Below are positions 30,383 to 40,436 of a stretch of DNA of 64,000 bases, piece by piece. The stretch comes from an uncultured Rubripirellula sp. (lineage in GTDB: Bacteria > Planctomycetota > Planctomycetia > Pirellulales > Pirellulaceae): contig CALKGR010000001.1 of assembly GCA_938085445.1 (NCBI GenBank), forward strand, positions 151,792 to 215,791, read 5' to 3'. Position 1 is the first letter of the stretch, and each line of letters begins with the position of its first letter. The position numbers and the translations under genes were made by a program. Under the pieces are notes generated by a model. That model saw only the letters and a program-made list of their open reading frames with translations. It did not search any database and was not told where the DNA came from.

Positions 30383-31201
30383 TCACTTCCCGTTGGATGC
30401 CTTGCCCACCGCGGCTGCAGCCTTGGCTTCAAATTCGCGCTTAAATAGCAAAGTTTCAGTCAGTCTACTGCGGATCAACGTTGCCCATTGATCGTAACCG
30501 GCTTCATTCAAATGCAAGCGGTCACTCACAAATAACTCATCACGAGGCTTCCCCTCAGGATCCAAATAATGTTCTGCAGTCGCTATGAAATGTGTGTTCG
30601 GCGTTGAAAGTGCGATTTCCCGTAATCGTTCATTCACTTTGCGAATGGCCGGCCATGCTGAATACCGGCTCGAGGTTGGGGTCACCTCAATCAGAAACAC
30701 AGGAGCATCTGCTTGGTGACTTTTTGACACTGAAACAATGTACCTCGCCAATTCTTCCACTTGATCAGGCGTGTGGTCGTCAGGTTTTCCTCGAACATCA
30801 TTGCCAACGAAAATCACGAGGGCCTGGTATGCATGCGGCCGCAGCAGACGTTTGGCAAAAACAGCAACATCACTGTACTTAGCCCCTCCATAGCCTCGCT
30901 GTATTGTTCGAAAGGGTGCCATATCAGTAGCGATATCGGACCATCTTCGAATGCTACTGCTACCTATGAACAGAATGGCGTCTTCGGGATCACGCTCAGT
31001 CGCGTCACGAGCCTCAATTTTTCGAATATCCTGTTCCCACCTATCGCTCGCCTTTTCTCGATAGCGATCTAGGAAACTACTGTCTGGAGTTACTTCTGCC
31101 GCGCATAAAATTGAACCTCGTGAGCCACCCTGGAAGAGCCAAGTCTGAGTGATCGCCAGAGCTAAAACCACACACAACAGCACAATCGTTCGCATTTTCA
31201 A
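30383..31201 (-). CDS. Secreted SGNH/GDSL-like hydrolase
   Basis: FIGSSSIRRW, RGYGG, GND, DRLHLNEAGY. Confidence 0.88.
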   Translation of the reverse strand: MKMRTIVLLCVVLALAITQTWLFQGGSRGSILCAAEVTPDSSFLDRYREKASDRWEQDIRKIEARDATERDPEDAILFIGSSSIRRWSDIATDMAPFRTIQRGYGGAKYSDVAVFAKRLLRPHAYQALVIFVGNDVRGKPDDHTPDQVEELARYIVSVSKSHQADAPVFLIEVTPTSSRYSAWPAIRKVNERLREIALSTPNTHFIATAEHYLDPEGKPRDELFVSDRLHLNEAGYDQWATLIRSRLTETLLFKREFEAKAAAAVGKASNGK

Positions 31202-31496
31202 CTCACCCTAACAATTTCACTTTCCTCAGCAACTCTCGTTAATCGTGTTCAAACTTGGCGACCTGTGTCCAAACCTCGTTCATGCACAACGACAGCACAC
31301 TGCTAACAACTCACTCTGGAAATCTTAACCTAACCTACAGGAAAATGTATCAGCTGCTTATACCACGACTGGTATGACATACAATGATTCCACAGCTTTC
31401 TCTCGTTTTCAAATCAGTCGACTAGCTGCACAATTTTCGAAACTCACATTTCGGCAGGCCGCACTGCCCTACTGAAAAATCATACTGAACTTGACC

Positions 31497-33317
31497 ATGT
31501 CCAAAACGCTGCAGCGATTCTTTTTTCTAATACCAATGATGCTACTCTCGAACGTGGCGTTAACACAGGAACCCAACTCGAAGCAAATCATAGCAGATCG
31601 GATATTGACCGACTTACTCGATCAAGTTTGGGATTTCGAACTTGAATCCTCTCCGTTACTGGCAACCAATATCGGTGATCCACGTGGGCAGCATTGCCTC
31701 GCCGACGACAGCCTTTCAGCCATCCAAGCACGAGCAGATCGACGCAGCAAATTCTTGGAAGCACTTGAGGCTATCCTTGTGGACAATCTCAGTGAAGGAA
31801 AACGAATAGATCATGAATTGCTGCGACGACGACTTGAGGGCCAAATCGCTGACTTCCGTTTCAAGACCCATTTAATGCCCATCAATAATCGAGGCGGTTT
31901 TCATATTCGTTTCCCGGAGTTGCCCCGCGTGATGGCCCCAAAATCCGAACAGAACTTTGCAGACTACATTGCTCGCCTCAGGGATTTTGACCGTTATACC
32001 AATCAGCAAATAGAGTTACTGCGAGGCGGGATCAAGGCTGGCTTGGTTCAACCAGCAATCATCATGCGGGATTCACTCTCTCAGGTTGAATCGCATATCG
32101 TTGAAGACGTAACGAAATCGCTTTTTCTGACAAACATCGCAGCAGAGTCGAAACGCAAGCTTGGTGCCGAACGATGGGCTCACGTCAATGAGCAAATCGA
32201 GCATGCACTTAAGCAGAGCGTCATTCCAGCTTATCAGCGTTTTGCAAATTTTCTTCGAACCGAATATCTTCCTGCATGTCGAGGACCTGTAGGAGCATCC
32301 GCTATGCCGATGGGGCGAGAATTTTATCTCGACCGCATACGGCGTTTTACCACCATCGAAATCTCCCCAGAAGAATTACACCAAACTGGAGTAAACGAAA
32401 ATGCACGTATCCGTTCTGAGATGGAACTGATTAAGCAGAAAGTAGATTTTGACGGCACACTCGATGAGTTTCTTGAGCACTTGAGAACAGACCCCAGATT
32501 CTATGCCAAGTCAGCTGAAGAATTAATGCAAACCACCGCCTTGATTTTAAAGCGTGCAGATGGCCGTTTACCTGAACTGTTTGGACACCTGCCGCGAATC
32601 CCATACGGACTGCGTGAAATTCCAACCTACGTGGCACCGCAAACAACGGCAGCCTACTATTGGCCTCCAGCGACCGATGGCACTCGTGGTGGTGTTTACT
32701 ACTTGAACACTTACAACTTATCCTCTCGCCCGCTGTATCAACTTGAAGCGTTATCGCTCCATGAGGCTGTCCCTGGTCATCATCTGCAACTGGCCATTCA
32801 GGCCGAACTCGAAAACCTGCATCCCATCAGTCGCGAAAGTAACTTCACAGCATTTATCGAAGGCTGGGCGTTGTATAGCGAACGCTTGGGGAAGGACATC
32901 GGATTTTACAAGGACCCTTATCAGGACTTTGGGCGATTGAGCATGGAGGCTTGGCGCGCAAGTCGGCTTGTTGTGGATACAGGATTGCATTGGATGGGTT
33001 GGTCACGGCAGCAGGCAATCGACTACATGACCGCAAACACAGCATTAAGCCCCCACAACATCGTGGCTGAAGTTGATCGCTACATCGGATGGCCGGGTCA
33101 GGCGCTTGCCTACAAGACAGGCGAACTCGCTATCAGTCGTATTCGTAAGCAAGCTGAGCAAACGCTTGGTGACGACTTTGATGTGCGATCATTCCATGAT
33201 CGAGTTCTTGAAGCCGGCTCCATTCCACTGCCCATGCTTGAACAACGAATCAATCAGTGGGTCGACAAACAACAAAGCTCAAACGGGGCAGAGCCAAAAC
33301 GAAAACAGCAAAATTGA
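31497..33317 (+). CDS. DUF885 family secreted metallopeptidase-like protein
   Basis: HEAVPGHHLQ, AFIEGWALYSE, RLVVDTGLH, EVDRYIGWPGQALAYKTG. Confidence 0.9.
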   Translation: MSKTLQRFFFLIPMMLLSNVALTQEPNSKQIIADRILTDLLDQVWDFELESSPLLATNIGDPRGQHCLADDSLSAIQARADRRSKFLEALEAILVDNLSEGKRIDHELLRRRLEGQIADFRFKTHLMPINNRGGFHIRFPELPRVMAPKSEQNFADYIARLRDFDRYTNQQIELLRGGIKAGLVQPAIIMRDSLSQVESHIVEDVTKSLFLTNIAAESKRKLGAERWAHVNEQIEHALKQSVIPAYQRFANFLRTEYLPACRGPVGASAMPMGREFYLDRIRRFTTIEISPEELHQTGVNENARIRSEMELIKQKVDFDGTLDEFLEHLRTDPRFYAKSAEELMQTTALILKRADGRLPELFGHLPRIPYGLREIPTYVAPQTTAAYYWPPATDGTRGGVYYLNTYNLSSRPLYQLEALSLHEAVPGHHLQLAIQAELENLHPISRESNFTAFIEGWALYSERLGKDIGFYKDPYQDFGRLSMEAWRASRLVVDTGLHWMGWSRQQAIDYMTANTALSPHNIVAEVDRYIGWPGQALAYKTGELAISRIRKQAEQTLGDDFDVRSFHDRVLEAGSIPLPMLEQRINQWVDKQQSSNGAEPKRKQQN

Positions 33318-33378
33318 CCAGGCGAGGCGGCCCTTGCCACAAATTTCACTCGGACTGCAGAAAAAAGCGTTTCCAACG

Positions 33379-33882
33379 CTAATGATTTGCTTGACCCTTG
33401 ATCGTTCGCTGGGCGACCTGCCAAGCGTCAACAAGATGCTGTGCATAGGCATCCGGTTCCAGCAATCGGTCAATATCCGTGGTCGTTATCTCGATCAACC
33501 ATCCATCGCTGTAAGTATCTGCATTGATCAAAGACGGATCATCGAGAGTCAGTTCGTTAATCTTGGACAACGATCCAGCCACCGGTGAATAGAGATCACT
33601 TTCAGCTTTTTTGCTTTCAATCGAACCAATCTGCGCCCGCAATCCAATGGGAGCAGGCGCTTCTATTTCCCAATCCAGAAAATAAATATCCTGCAGTAAG
33701 CGGACCGCGTAAGCAGTCAAGCCGAACCGCCATACACCAGTGGCGACCTCACTACCCCACATGTGATTGGTCGCATAGCAGCGATCTCGCGGGAATTCGG
33801 CAATGAAATCCCCCATGGGGAACGAAAAAAATTCTTCCGATGCCTCTTCAGCCGAATTGTCAGCTACACCATCATCACTCAC
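33379..33882 (-). CDS. gcvH: Stand-alone glycine cleavage H-like lipoyl-domain protein
   Basis: NHMW, GLTAYA, IESKKAESDLYSPVAG (lipoyl-Lys hairpin), PSLINADTYSDGWL; overlaps the upstream stop by 4 bp. Confidence 0.85.
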   Translation of the reverse strand: MSDDGVADNSAEEASEEFFSFPMGDFIAEFPRDRCYATNHMWGSEVATGVWRFGLTAYAVRLLQDIYFLDWEIEAPAPIGLRAQIGSIESKKAESDLYSPVAGSLSKINELTLDDPSLINADTYSDGWLIEITTTDIDRLLEPDAYAQHLVDAWQVAQRTIKGQANH

Positions 33883-35198
33883 GTGTAGCGTACTCCCTGA
33901 AACTCAACTTCAAAAAACGGTGGCAAAAGTCCATCTACTCTGAGTAATCCTGCTTGGGTCAATTCAATGGAATCTCCATTCATTTTGACGTAACCGTCGG
34001 TGACGTACCTCTGCCATTGTTCAGAAAATTCCTCCCGAACATCTACACCAAACTTCTCTTGGAAATAGCCAACATCCAAGTACCCACGCTTAAGCAGCAA
34101 AATCATTTCACGCACCAGCTGCTGGTGCGAACTTGGGACAAATCCCCTTCCCAGTGGAAGGTCGCCGGATTCAATGGTTGCAAGATACTTCTCAAGGTCA
34201 GCAAGATTTTGATAATGGACTCCATTCGCATGTCCGAAACTGGCAATGCCTGTTGCCAGCAAGTCCGCTCCCTTCCACAGGTTGTCACGATAGCTGAAGT
34301 TCACTTTGGTGGGATCTTTGACAACAGTGTACGCACTGCTAACGCTGTATCCTGCTTTTTCAAATTCACCGAACGCATACTCAACCCAAGCACGTTTGGT
34401 GTCCCAATCAGCAACAGGACTCTCGACCTGATTGCCGAGAATGTCCTTGCTGTAAACGGTATTGAACGGTAATTCCATCTGATAAATCGTGACACTCTCT
34501 GGAGACAATTCAAGAGTTTTGTCGACATTGATTTTCCAGTTGTCCCAAGTCTCACCGACCATTCCAGAAATCAGGTCAATGTTGACGTTTGGAAAGTCGG
34601 CGGCTGTAATCCAATCCCATGCGTTAAAAACCTGCTTGGACAAATGTGCGCGACCATTTTCTTCAAGTAACTTGTCTGAGAAGTTTTCGACTCCCAAACT
34701 CAACCGAGTAACACCAAGAACATCTCTTAGCGTTTTTACTTTGGTCTCACTCAGTGTTCCGGGTTCGCATTCAAAGGTAACCTCCTCAGCACCGTCCCAA
34801 GTGATATGCTCCCGAAGTCGATCAGCAAGTTTGGTCAATTGCTTAGGTGACAGAAAACTCGGTGTTCCACCACCAAAGTAGACGAACCGAAACGGCCGGT
34901 CGCCCATGACCGGCAGTTGGCTTACAAGAGAAATTTCGTTGCATAGTGCATCAACATAGCGTTGCACCTCGGCAGCTTTAACATCGGTGAACACCTTAAA
35001 GTAACAAAACTTGCACCGCTTCCGACAAAATGGAATGTGCAAGTAGAGACCCAAAGGCGTTTGCTCACTAGGCGGATGTTCCAGTGCTTTGTGCACGGCA
35101 GGTAGCTCATCACGATTCCACTGACTATACGGTGGATAGTTTGAGATGAAATAACTGCCGACTTCGGTTTTTTTCTTGTCGCTTGAAGCGGAAGCCAT
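33879..35198 (-). CDS. HemN-like radical SAM enzyme
   Basis: LYLHIPFCRKRCKFCYF (CX3CX2C), FGGGTPS, RLSLGVE, NIDLISG, HemN-type C-terminal domain. Confidence 0.88.
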   Translation of the reverse strand: MASASSDKKKTEVGSYFISNYPPYSQWNRDELPAVHKALEHPPSEQTPLGLYLHIPFCRKRCKFCYFKVFTDVKAAEVQRYVDALCNEISLVSQLPVMGDRPFRFVYFGGGTPSFLSPKQLTKLADRLREHITWDGAEEVTFECEPGTLSETKVKTLRDVLGVTRLSLGVENFSDKLLEENGRAHLSKQVFNAWDWITAADFPNVNIDLISGMVGETWDNWKINVDKTLELSPESVTIYQMELPFNTVYSKDILGNQVESPVADWDTKRAWVEYAFGEFEKAGYSVSSAYTVVKDPTKVNFSYRDNLWKGADLLATGIASFGHANGVHYQNLADLEKYLATIESGDLPLGRGFVPSSHQQLVREMILLLKRGYLDVGYFQEKFGVDVREEFSEQWQRYVTDGYVKMNGDSIELTQAGLLRVDGLLPPFFEVEFQGVRYT

Positions 35199-35273
35199 GA
35201 AACGAAGCCAATGTTAAGGGAGGTGATTGTCGAATCGCATTCTGCGACATTTTAGATGTATCGCAGCAGACTG

Positions 35274-36599
35274 CTACAGCCCCTTTGACGGAACCGTTGA
35301 ATTGATTTTGGAACTTACTGCGGCATCCGCTTTATCTTTGCCTTTCTCGGCTCCGAAACAGCGAACAACACCATCATCATCGGCTATGAACAATTCTTGG
35401 CCGGCAATCGCAGGGCCAGCGATAAAGGAGCCTCGAATCTCATAACTCCATTTCTCCTCAGTTCCATTCTCGAGCTCGAGTCGAATCAATCTGCCATCAG
35501 TGGCAGCAATCCAAACATCTTTCCCGGCAATCACTGGTGAAGCATCGGCGCGCCGGCGTAGAGTATGCCTCCACTTTAACTCACCCGTCGCAGTGGAAAT
35601 TGCATCCACCTGTTTGAACTGACTGCTCAACACGACCAGATCAGTGGTGACAGCAGCACTATTTCGATATTCCTGCGGACGCTCTTCGTCCAGGTGCTGC
35701 CAGAGTTCTTTTTGGGCCTTCCAGTCGAATGCCAGCACGACCCCGTCCATAATGGGCAGAAAAGCTTTGTTACCAACAACGCTGGGAGTCGACCCCGTGG
35801 GCCCTCCCAACTCAAACGTTTTGCCCATGGCCTCACCCGTCTCAAGATTAACAACGTGCAATTGGCCATCACAACCTCCCAGAAAAGTTCGGTCACCTGC
35901 TACGGTCGGACTACAACGGATTTGGTCATTCGCCTCATACGTCCAAACTTTCTCCCCATCTTTCAAGCGAAAGCAATGAAGCTTGCCGTCTCCACTTGCA
36001 GCCAAAACGTTTTCACCATGAAATGCAACTGATCCTTGGATTTCACCATCGGTCGACTTCCGCCACAGCTCTTTTCCATCGATTGCACTGAGTTTGTAAA
36101 GATTTCCATCAATATCACCAATCACCAGTTCCTCAGCTTTGACCGAGGGTGAAGCAAGAAAGCCGGTATCGAAATCGACTTTCCAGATTTCCTCTCCCGT
36201 CGCACGGTCGATGGCGTAAACCTTTCCCATCACATCTGAAACAAAAACCCGCTTTCCGACGACTACCGGAGTCGTCTCAATGGCCTCGTCAGCTTTGTAT
36301 TCCCAAATCACCCGCAGGTTCTCAGGCAAAGTTTGGTCAGCGTGCCCGGTCGATTGAGCATCCCCACGAGCGGTTGGCCAATTAAGTTGACTCGAATCAG
36401 CCGCCGCCCGCACTTCCATCGTGGGGGTTGTGGCAGAAGCGGTCCCCACCAGATTGCCGGCAACCGCTGAGCTCGAGACCACGAGAGACGCAAGGGGCAT
36501 CAACAGGCCCAAGACGCCTTTTGAAGGGACGAGCGGCCGGTTTTTGCGGATTGTAACGAACATGCGGAACTCTTCGTGAGGTGTTTCCAGCTCAATCAT
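35274..36599 (-). CDS. PQQ-binding-like (BamB-like) beta-propeller protein
   Basis: WPTARGD plus repeated AxDxxTGxxxW blades; signal-like N-terminus; start uncertain. Confidence 0.85.
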   Translation of the reverse strand: MIELETPHEEFRMFVTIRKNRPLVPSKGVLGLLMPLASLVVSSSAVAGNLVGTASATTPTMEVRAAADSSQLNWPTARGDAQSTGHADQTLPENLRVIWEYKADEAIETTPVVVGKRVFVSDVMGKVYAIDRATGEEIWKVDFDTGFLASPSVKAEELVIGDIDGNLYKLSAIDGKELWRKSTDGEIQGSVAFHGENVLAASGDGKLHCFRLKDGEKVWTYEANDQIRCSPTVAGDRTFLGGCDGQLHVVNLETGEAMGKTFELGGPTGSTPSVVGNKAFLPIMDGVVLAFDWKAQKELWQHLDEERPQEYRNSAAVTTDLVVLSSQFKQVDAISTATGELKWRHTLRRRADASPVIAGKDVWIAATDGRLIRLELENGTEEKWSYEIRGSFIAGPAIAGQELFIADDDGVVRCFGAEKGKDKADAAVSSKINSTVPSKGL

Positions 36600-36807
36600 C
36601 TGAAAAAACGGGTGTGTGCCAAAGTGTCTTGGGAATCAAAGGGCCTCAAAACCGATTACTCTTTAGAGACCCCTGCTCCCCCAAGACTGTCGGTCTATTA
36701 TAGGCTCTTGACCGTGGAGTCCACCGGCGGCGTGCTGATTATTGGCCTCAACTTGGCCAAACACGCCTTATGAACCTTCTTTTTTTCTTCATAGCTTCCA
36801 ACAGTCC

Positions 36808-38298
36808 ATGATTTGCGTAACACTCGGTAGAGCCCGCCACAAACGGATGATTGCCGAACATAAGTTCCTTGCTGAACAAGGGGCGGAACTGGTCGAATTG
36901 CGTCTCGATTACATCGGTCGCGCAATCAGCCTTACCCGACTGCTCCAAAATCGGCCCTGCCCCGTAGTGCTGACCGCTCGCCGACGAGATGACGGGGGAC
37001 GCTGGATGAAGACTGAGCAGGAGCGTTTGATGCTGCTCCGCAGTGCCATCGCCGCTGGGGTGGAATACGTCGACATTGAAGCTGACATCGCCGCCCAAAT
37101 ACCCCGCTACGGTAATACCAAACGGATCATCAGCTTTCACGACATGTCAGAAACACCTGACAATCTCGAGGAATTGCACGCTGCGATGGCGGATGAGGAT
37201 GCGGACATCGTCAAAATCGCAACCATGGCAAATTCGTTTGCGGACAACCTGCGCATGATCGAGCTTGTCCGCAACGCCAAGGTCCCCACCATCGGAATCT
37301 GCATGGGTGAAATTGGTGTGATCACTCGCTTGTTAGCAAACCGACTCGGTTCACCCTTCACTTACGCGACATTCTCCGGTGGCCGTAAAATGGCACCCGG
37401 CCAACTCGACTGGAAGGAAATGAGGGACCTGTACAAATACGATACGATCAATGAGGAAACCGAGTTCTTCGGTGTCGTCGCTGACCCGGTTGCACACAGC
37501 TATAGTCCGCTGATCCACAACAGAGCGTTCACAGAAGAAAACCTGAATGCTCGATACTTTCCATTCCGTGTTCCTAAAAACGACTTATCCAGTCTGGTGG
37601 ATAGTTGCGCCGACCTGAACATCAGTGGCTTGAGTGTCACCATTCCGCATAAAGAAGACGCCATCGAATTTTGCTCACAGGCTGAATCGAGTGCGACTGG
37701 AATCGGTGCTGTCAACACCATGGTATTTCAAAACAACGACTGCCTTGGCTACAACACTGACTATCGCGCCGCGATGGACTGCATCGAAGAAACTTTCCAA
37801 ATCGATAAATCGCAGGAAAGACCAATGCAGGGACTCACTGCCATGGTACTGGGTGCAGGAGGTGTCTCAAGGGCCATCGCCTGGGGACTCAAGCAACGAA
37901 ACTGTGATGTCATCATCAGCTCAAGAACTCACGAGCGAGCCCAGCTCCTTGCCGCGGAAATTGGTTGTCGAACAGTTGAATGGGGGCAACGACATGAGCC
38001 GAAGATCAACTTGCTAATCAATGGCACCCCGGTGGGCATGCATCCAGACATGGATTCATCCCCCTACAACGCTTCTGCAATGAGCCAGTACCTGGCAGTG
38101 TTTGATACCGTTTACAACCCCGAAAATACGCTTTTGATCAAGCATGCAAAGAAAGCGAATTGCCGAATCATCACCGGTATCGACATGTTCGTAAGACAGG
38201 CTGCCTACCAGTACAAGCTATTCACGGGACTCGATGCACCAGTGCAAACGATGCGGCAGACGATCAAGCAGGCCACCAACCCGGTACAATTGAATTGA
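36808..38298 (+). CDS. aroE: Bifunctional type I 3-dehydroquinate dehydratase / shikimate dehydrogenase
   Basis: VELRLDY, IISFHD and DIVKIAT (DHQase I); HSYSPLIHN, SVTIPHK, GAVNT, GYNTD and GAGG (shikimate dehydrogenase). Confidence 0.93.
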   Translation: MICVTLGRARHKRMIAEHKFLAEQGAELVELRLDYIGRAISLTRLLQNRPCPVVLTARRRDDGGRWMKTEQERLMLLRSAIAAGVEYVDIEADIAAQIPRYGNTKRIISFHDMSETPDNLEELHAAMADEDADIVKIATMANSFADNLRMIELVRNAKVPTIGICMGEIGVITRLLANRLGSPFTYATFSGGRKMAPGQLDWKEMRDLYKYDTINEETEFFGVVADPVAHSYSPLIHNRAFTEENLNARYFPFRVPKNDLSSLVDSCADLNISGLSVTIPHKEDAIEFCSQAESSATGIGAVNTMVFQNNDCLGYNTDYRAAMDCIEETFQIDKSQERPMQGLTAMVLGAGGVSRAIAWGLKQRNCDVIISSRTHERAQLLAAEIGCRTVEWGQRHEPKINLLINGTPVGMHPDMDSSPYNASAMSQYLAVFDTVYNPENTLLIKHAKKANCRIITGIDMFVRQAAYQYKLFTGLDAPVQTMRQTIKQATNPVQLN

Positions 38299-38801
38299 GT
38301 AGTCGGGATTCAGAGTCACCGGTCAAACGAGGCACCAACATACAACTGCGCCAAGCAAAGCCGGTTGATGCTGAAGCTATCCACGCCCTGATGCGACCCT
38401 ATGTCATGCAACGCCTGCTGCTTGCCAGAACGGAAACTGAAATCATCGAGCTCACTCGACACGGTTTTGTAGCCTTTCAGAAAACCAAGGGTCAGCCCGA
38501 TAAATTGATCGGGTTCTCTGCGATTGAAATCTATGGACCTAAACTTGCCGAGCTTCAATGCTTGGCCGTTGATACGGATTTTCAAGGTAGTGGCGTAGGT
38601 CGACAACTCGTGGAAGCCTGTGTCGCTCGCGCACAAGAACTTAATGTGATGGAAATTCTCGCGATCAGTTCCTCAGAACGATTCCTGCAAAGTTGCGGGT
38701 TCGATTATTCGCTGCCAGACCAAAAGAAAGCACTCTTTTGCCAACTACGACCGCGACCAACCGAAGTTCGCAAATCCGATCTCAATGAATCGGATTCGTG
38801 A
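38295..38801 (+). CDS. GNAT N-acetyltransferase (short ArgA-like)
   Basis: AELQCLAV...QGSGVGRQLV acetyl-CoA motif; probable TTG start overlapping the aroDE stop. Confidence 0.8.
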   Translation: MSSRDSESPVKRGTNIQLRQAKPVDAEAIHALMRPYVMQRLLLARTETEIIELTRHGFVAFQKTKGQPDKLIGFSAIEIYGPKLAELQCLAVDTDFQGSGVGRQLVEACVARAQELNVMEILAISSSERFLQSCGFDYSLPDQKKALFCQLRPRPTEVRKSDLNESDS

Positions 38802-39005
38802 CGAACTACACAAGGCGATAAAATCCAGCCGATAAAATGCTGGGCAGCCAATCGTCCAAGTAACTACCTGGTATCGATGTAACTGCTTTGCTGCACTCGT
38901 CACAAATTGACTTTTTCATGCATCGTTTACTGGGTTGATTATCGAGCACAAGCTTGTTGGCCAGCACGCTTTACTGGCATACTCAGCAAAGCACAATCAG
39001 CACAT

Positions 39006-40436
39006 TCATGACTGGTCATTGAGTTGATCACGGTTTTCGCTACCACGATCATCGAAAGGCTGAATTGGATCGCCTTCCGCCTCATCCTGCTGAGTGTCAG
39101 CGTCACGCTTTTGTTCCATGAGTTCCGAGGCAGATTCGGAAGCTCCACTCAATTCCCGATCCTCAACGAATGCTTCCTGCTCAAATGCAGGATTTTCGCA
39201 TGACAGGTCCAGAGAAAGTTCGGCGTCATCGGCGTTCGGATCGGTATCGGCAATGTTCGGATCGGTATCAACTGGCGCCTCGCGAAGCCAAAGTGGGACC
39301 ACTCCCACCATGAGCAGCCAGAACAACATGACTCCAGGAGATGAATTTTCTGATGGCCACAACGGGAATGGCAACCCTGTTGCGGTGTCAGCTGAATCCA
39401 AGCGTCGCCAGAATACGATTTGGAAGGTCAACGCAATTGGCATGGCAACAGCGAATCGCCCAAGAGCATCCGTTTTCCGCGGCATGATCGGATGGATCCA
39501 GAAAGCCAGCACACTTGCAAGTACGATCACTGCAGGCGAAGCCTGCCAGCCGACCAAAAGCGCTGGAATGGAGAGGATAACGATCAGGTCGATCAGTCGA
39601 ACCGTTGATTTCCCCAACGGATCAAGCTTGGGATCCGCCGTAGGACAAAATCCTTTTGCCAAGTACCGACCCAAAGCAGTTGCTGCCACAAGAGCCGTGA
39701 TTACGCGAATCATCGCGTCTACATATCTACCGTCTGGCTGCCAATCATTCTGAACTTCCATCTGCCAAGGGACGACCATTAAGGTCGGAAAGACCAAAAT
39801 GGGCACGCTGGTGAACATCAATGCAAAGTAAGATAAATTTGCAGGTAACCGATTACCATCGAATCGGATCAAGCCCAGTGCCCAGCACATCGTTAAACCG
39901 ACAACATGGTAAGTGAGAGTGACCAACATCAGCGGATCAAGTCGGGGAAACCAAAGTGCGCCACCATAGGTCTGCGTCTGTCCCGGCAGACTGACTTGAT
40001 AAAGTTCCGCGACGGCCACGACGGTTAGCGACAACCCCACCACCGCTTCCACAATGGGATACCTTGATGAAATCGGAAGGCGGCACGTGCGACAACGTCC
40101 TTGCAAAGCTAACCATCCAAACACCGGGAAATTATCACGTGCCTTCAACTGCGCAAGGCACCGCGGACAATGTGAACGACCATTAATCGACTCACCGCGA
40201 GGCATCCGCCAAGCAACCACGTTCAAGAAGCTTGCAATCGATGAGGCTACCCAAAACGACCAAATGACTATCAGTACATCGACAGTTCTAGGTATGTAAA
40301 AATCAGCTTTCGAGAGATACGGGTAAGCCTGAGCCTGCAACTGGGCAACACCAACGATGTACCCGGCCCCCAGCAGCAAGATTGCTGCGGTAACGCACCA
40401 TAGGGGATAACGAATGCGTGAAAGCCAGTTTCGCAA
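39006..40436 (-). CDS. Prepilin peptidase A24-like protein (DiS_P_DiS Zn domain plus TM helices) with acidic tail
   Basis: SFLNVVAWRMP, RSHCPRC, GRCRTC, ISSRYPIVE. Confidence 0.8.
   Translation of the reverse strand: MRNWLSRIRYPLWCVTAAILLLGAGYIVGVAQLQAQAYPYLSKADFYIPRTVDVLIVIWSFWVASSIASFLNVVAWRMPRGESINGRSHCPRCLAQLKARDNFPVFGWLALQGRCRTCRLPISSRYPIVEAVVGLSLTVVAVAELYQVSLPGQTQTYGGALWFPRLDPLMLVTLTYHVVGLTMCWALGLIRFDGNRLPANLSYFALMFTSVPILVFPTLMVVPWQMEVQNDWQPDGRYVDAMIRVITALVAATALGRYLAKGFCPTADPKLDPLGKSTVRLIDLIVILSIPALLVGWQASPAVIVLASVLAFWIHPIMPRKTDALGRFAVAMPIALTFQIVFWRRLDSADTATGLPFPLWPSENSSPGVMLFWLLMVGVVPLWLREAPVDTDPNIADTDPNADDAELSLDLSCENPAFEQEAFVEDRELSGASESASELMEQKRDADTQQDEAEGDPIQPFDDRGSENRDQLNDQS

Noticed and set aside
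33379..33882. Complete glycine cleavage system
   Set aside because: No gcvT, gcvP or lpd in the window
35274..36599. True PQQ-dependent dehydrogenase (also considered for 48867-50204)
   Set aside because: Only generic propeller repeats are seen; no catalytic signatures of quinoprotein dehydrogenases and no pqq genes
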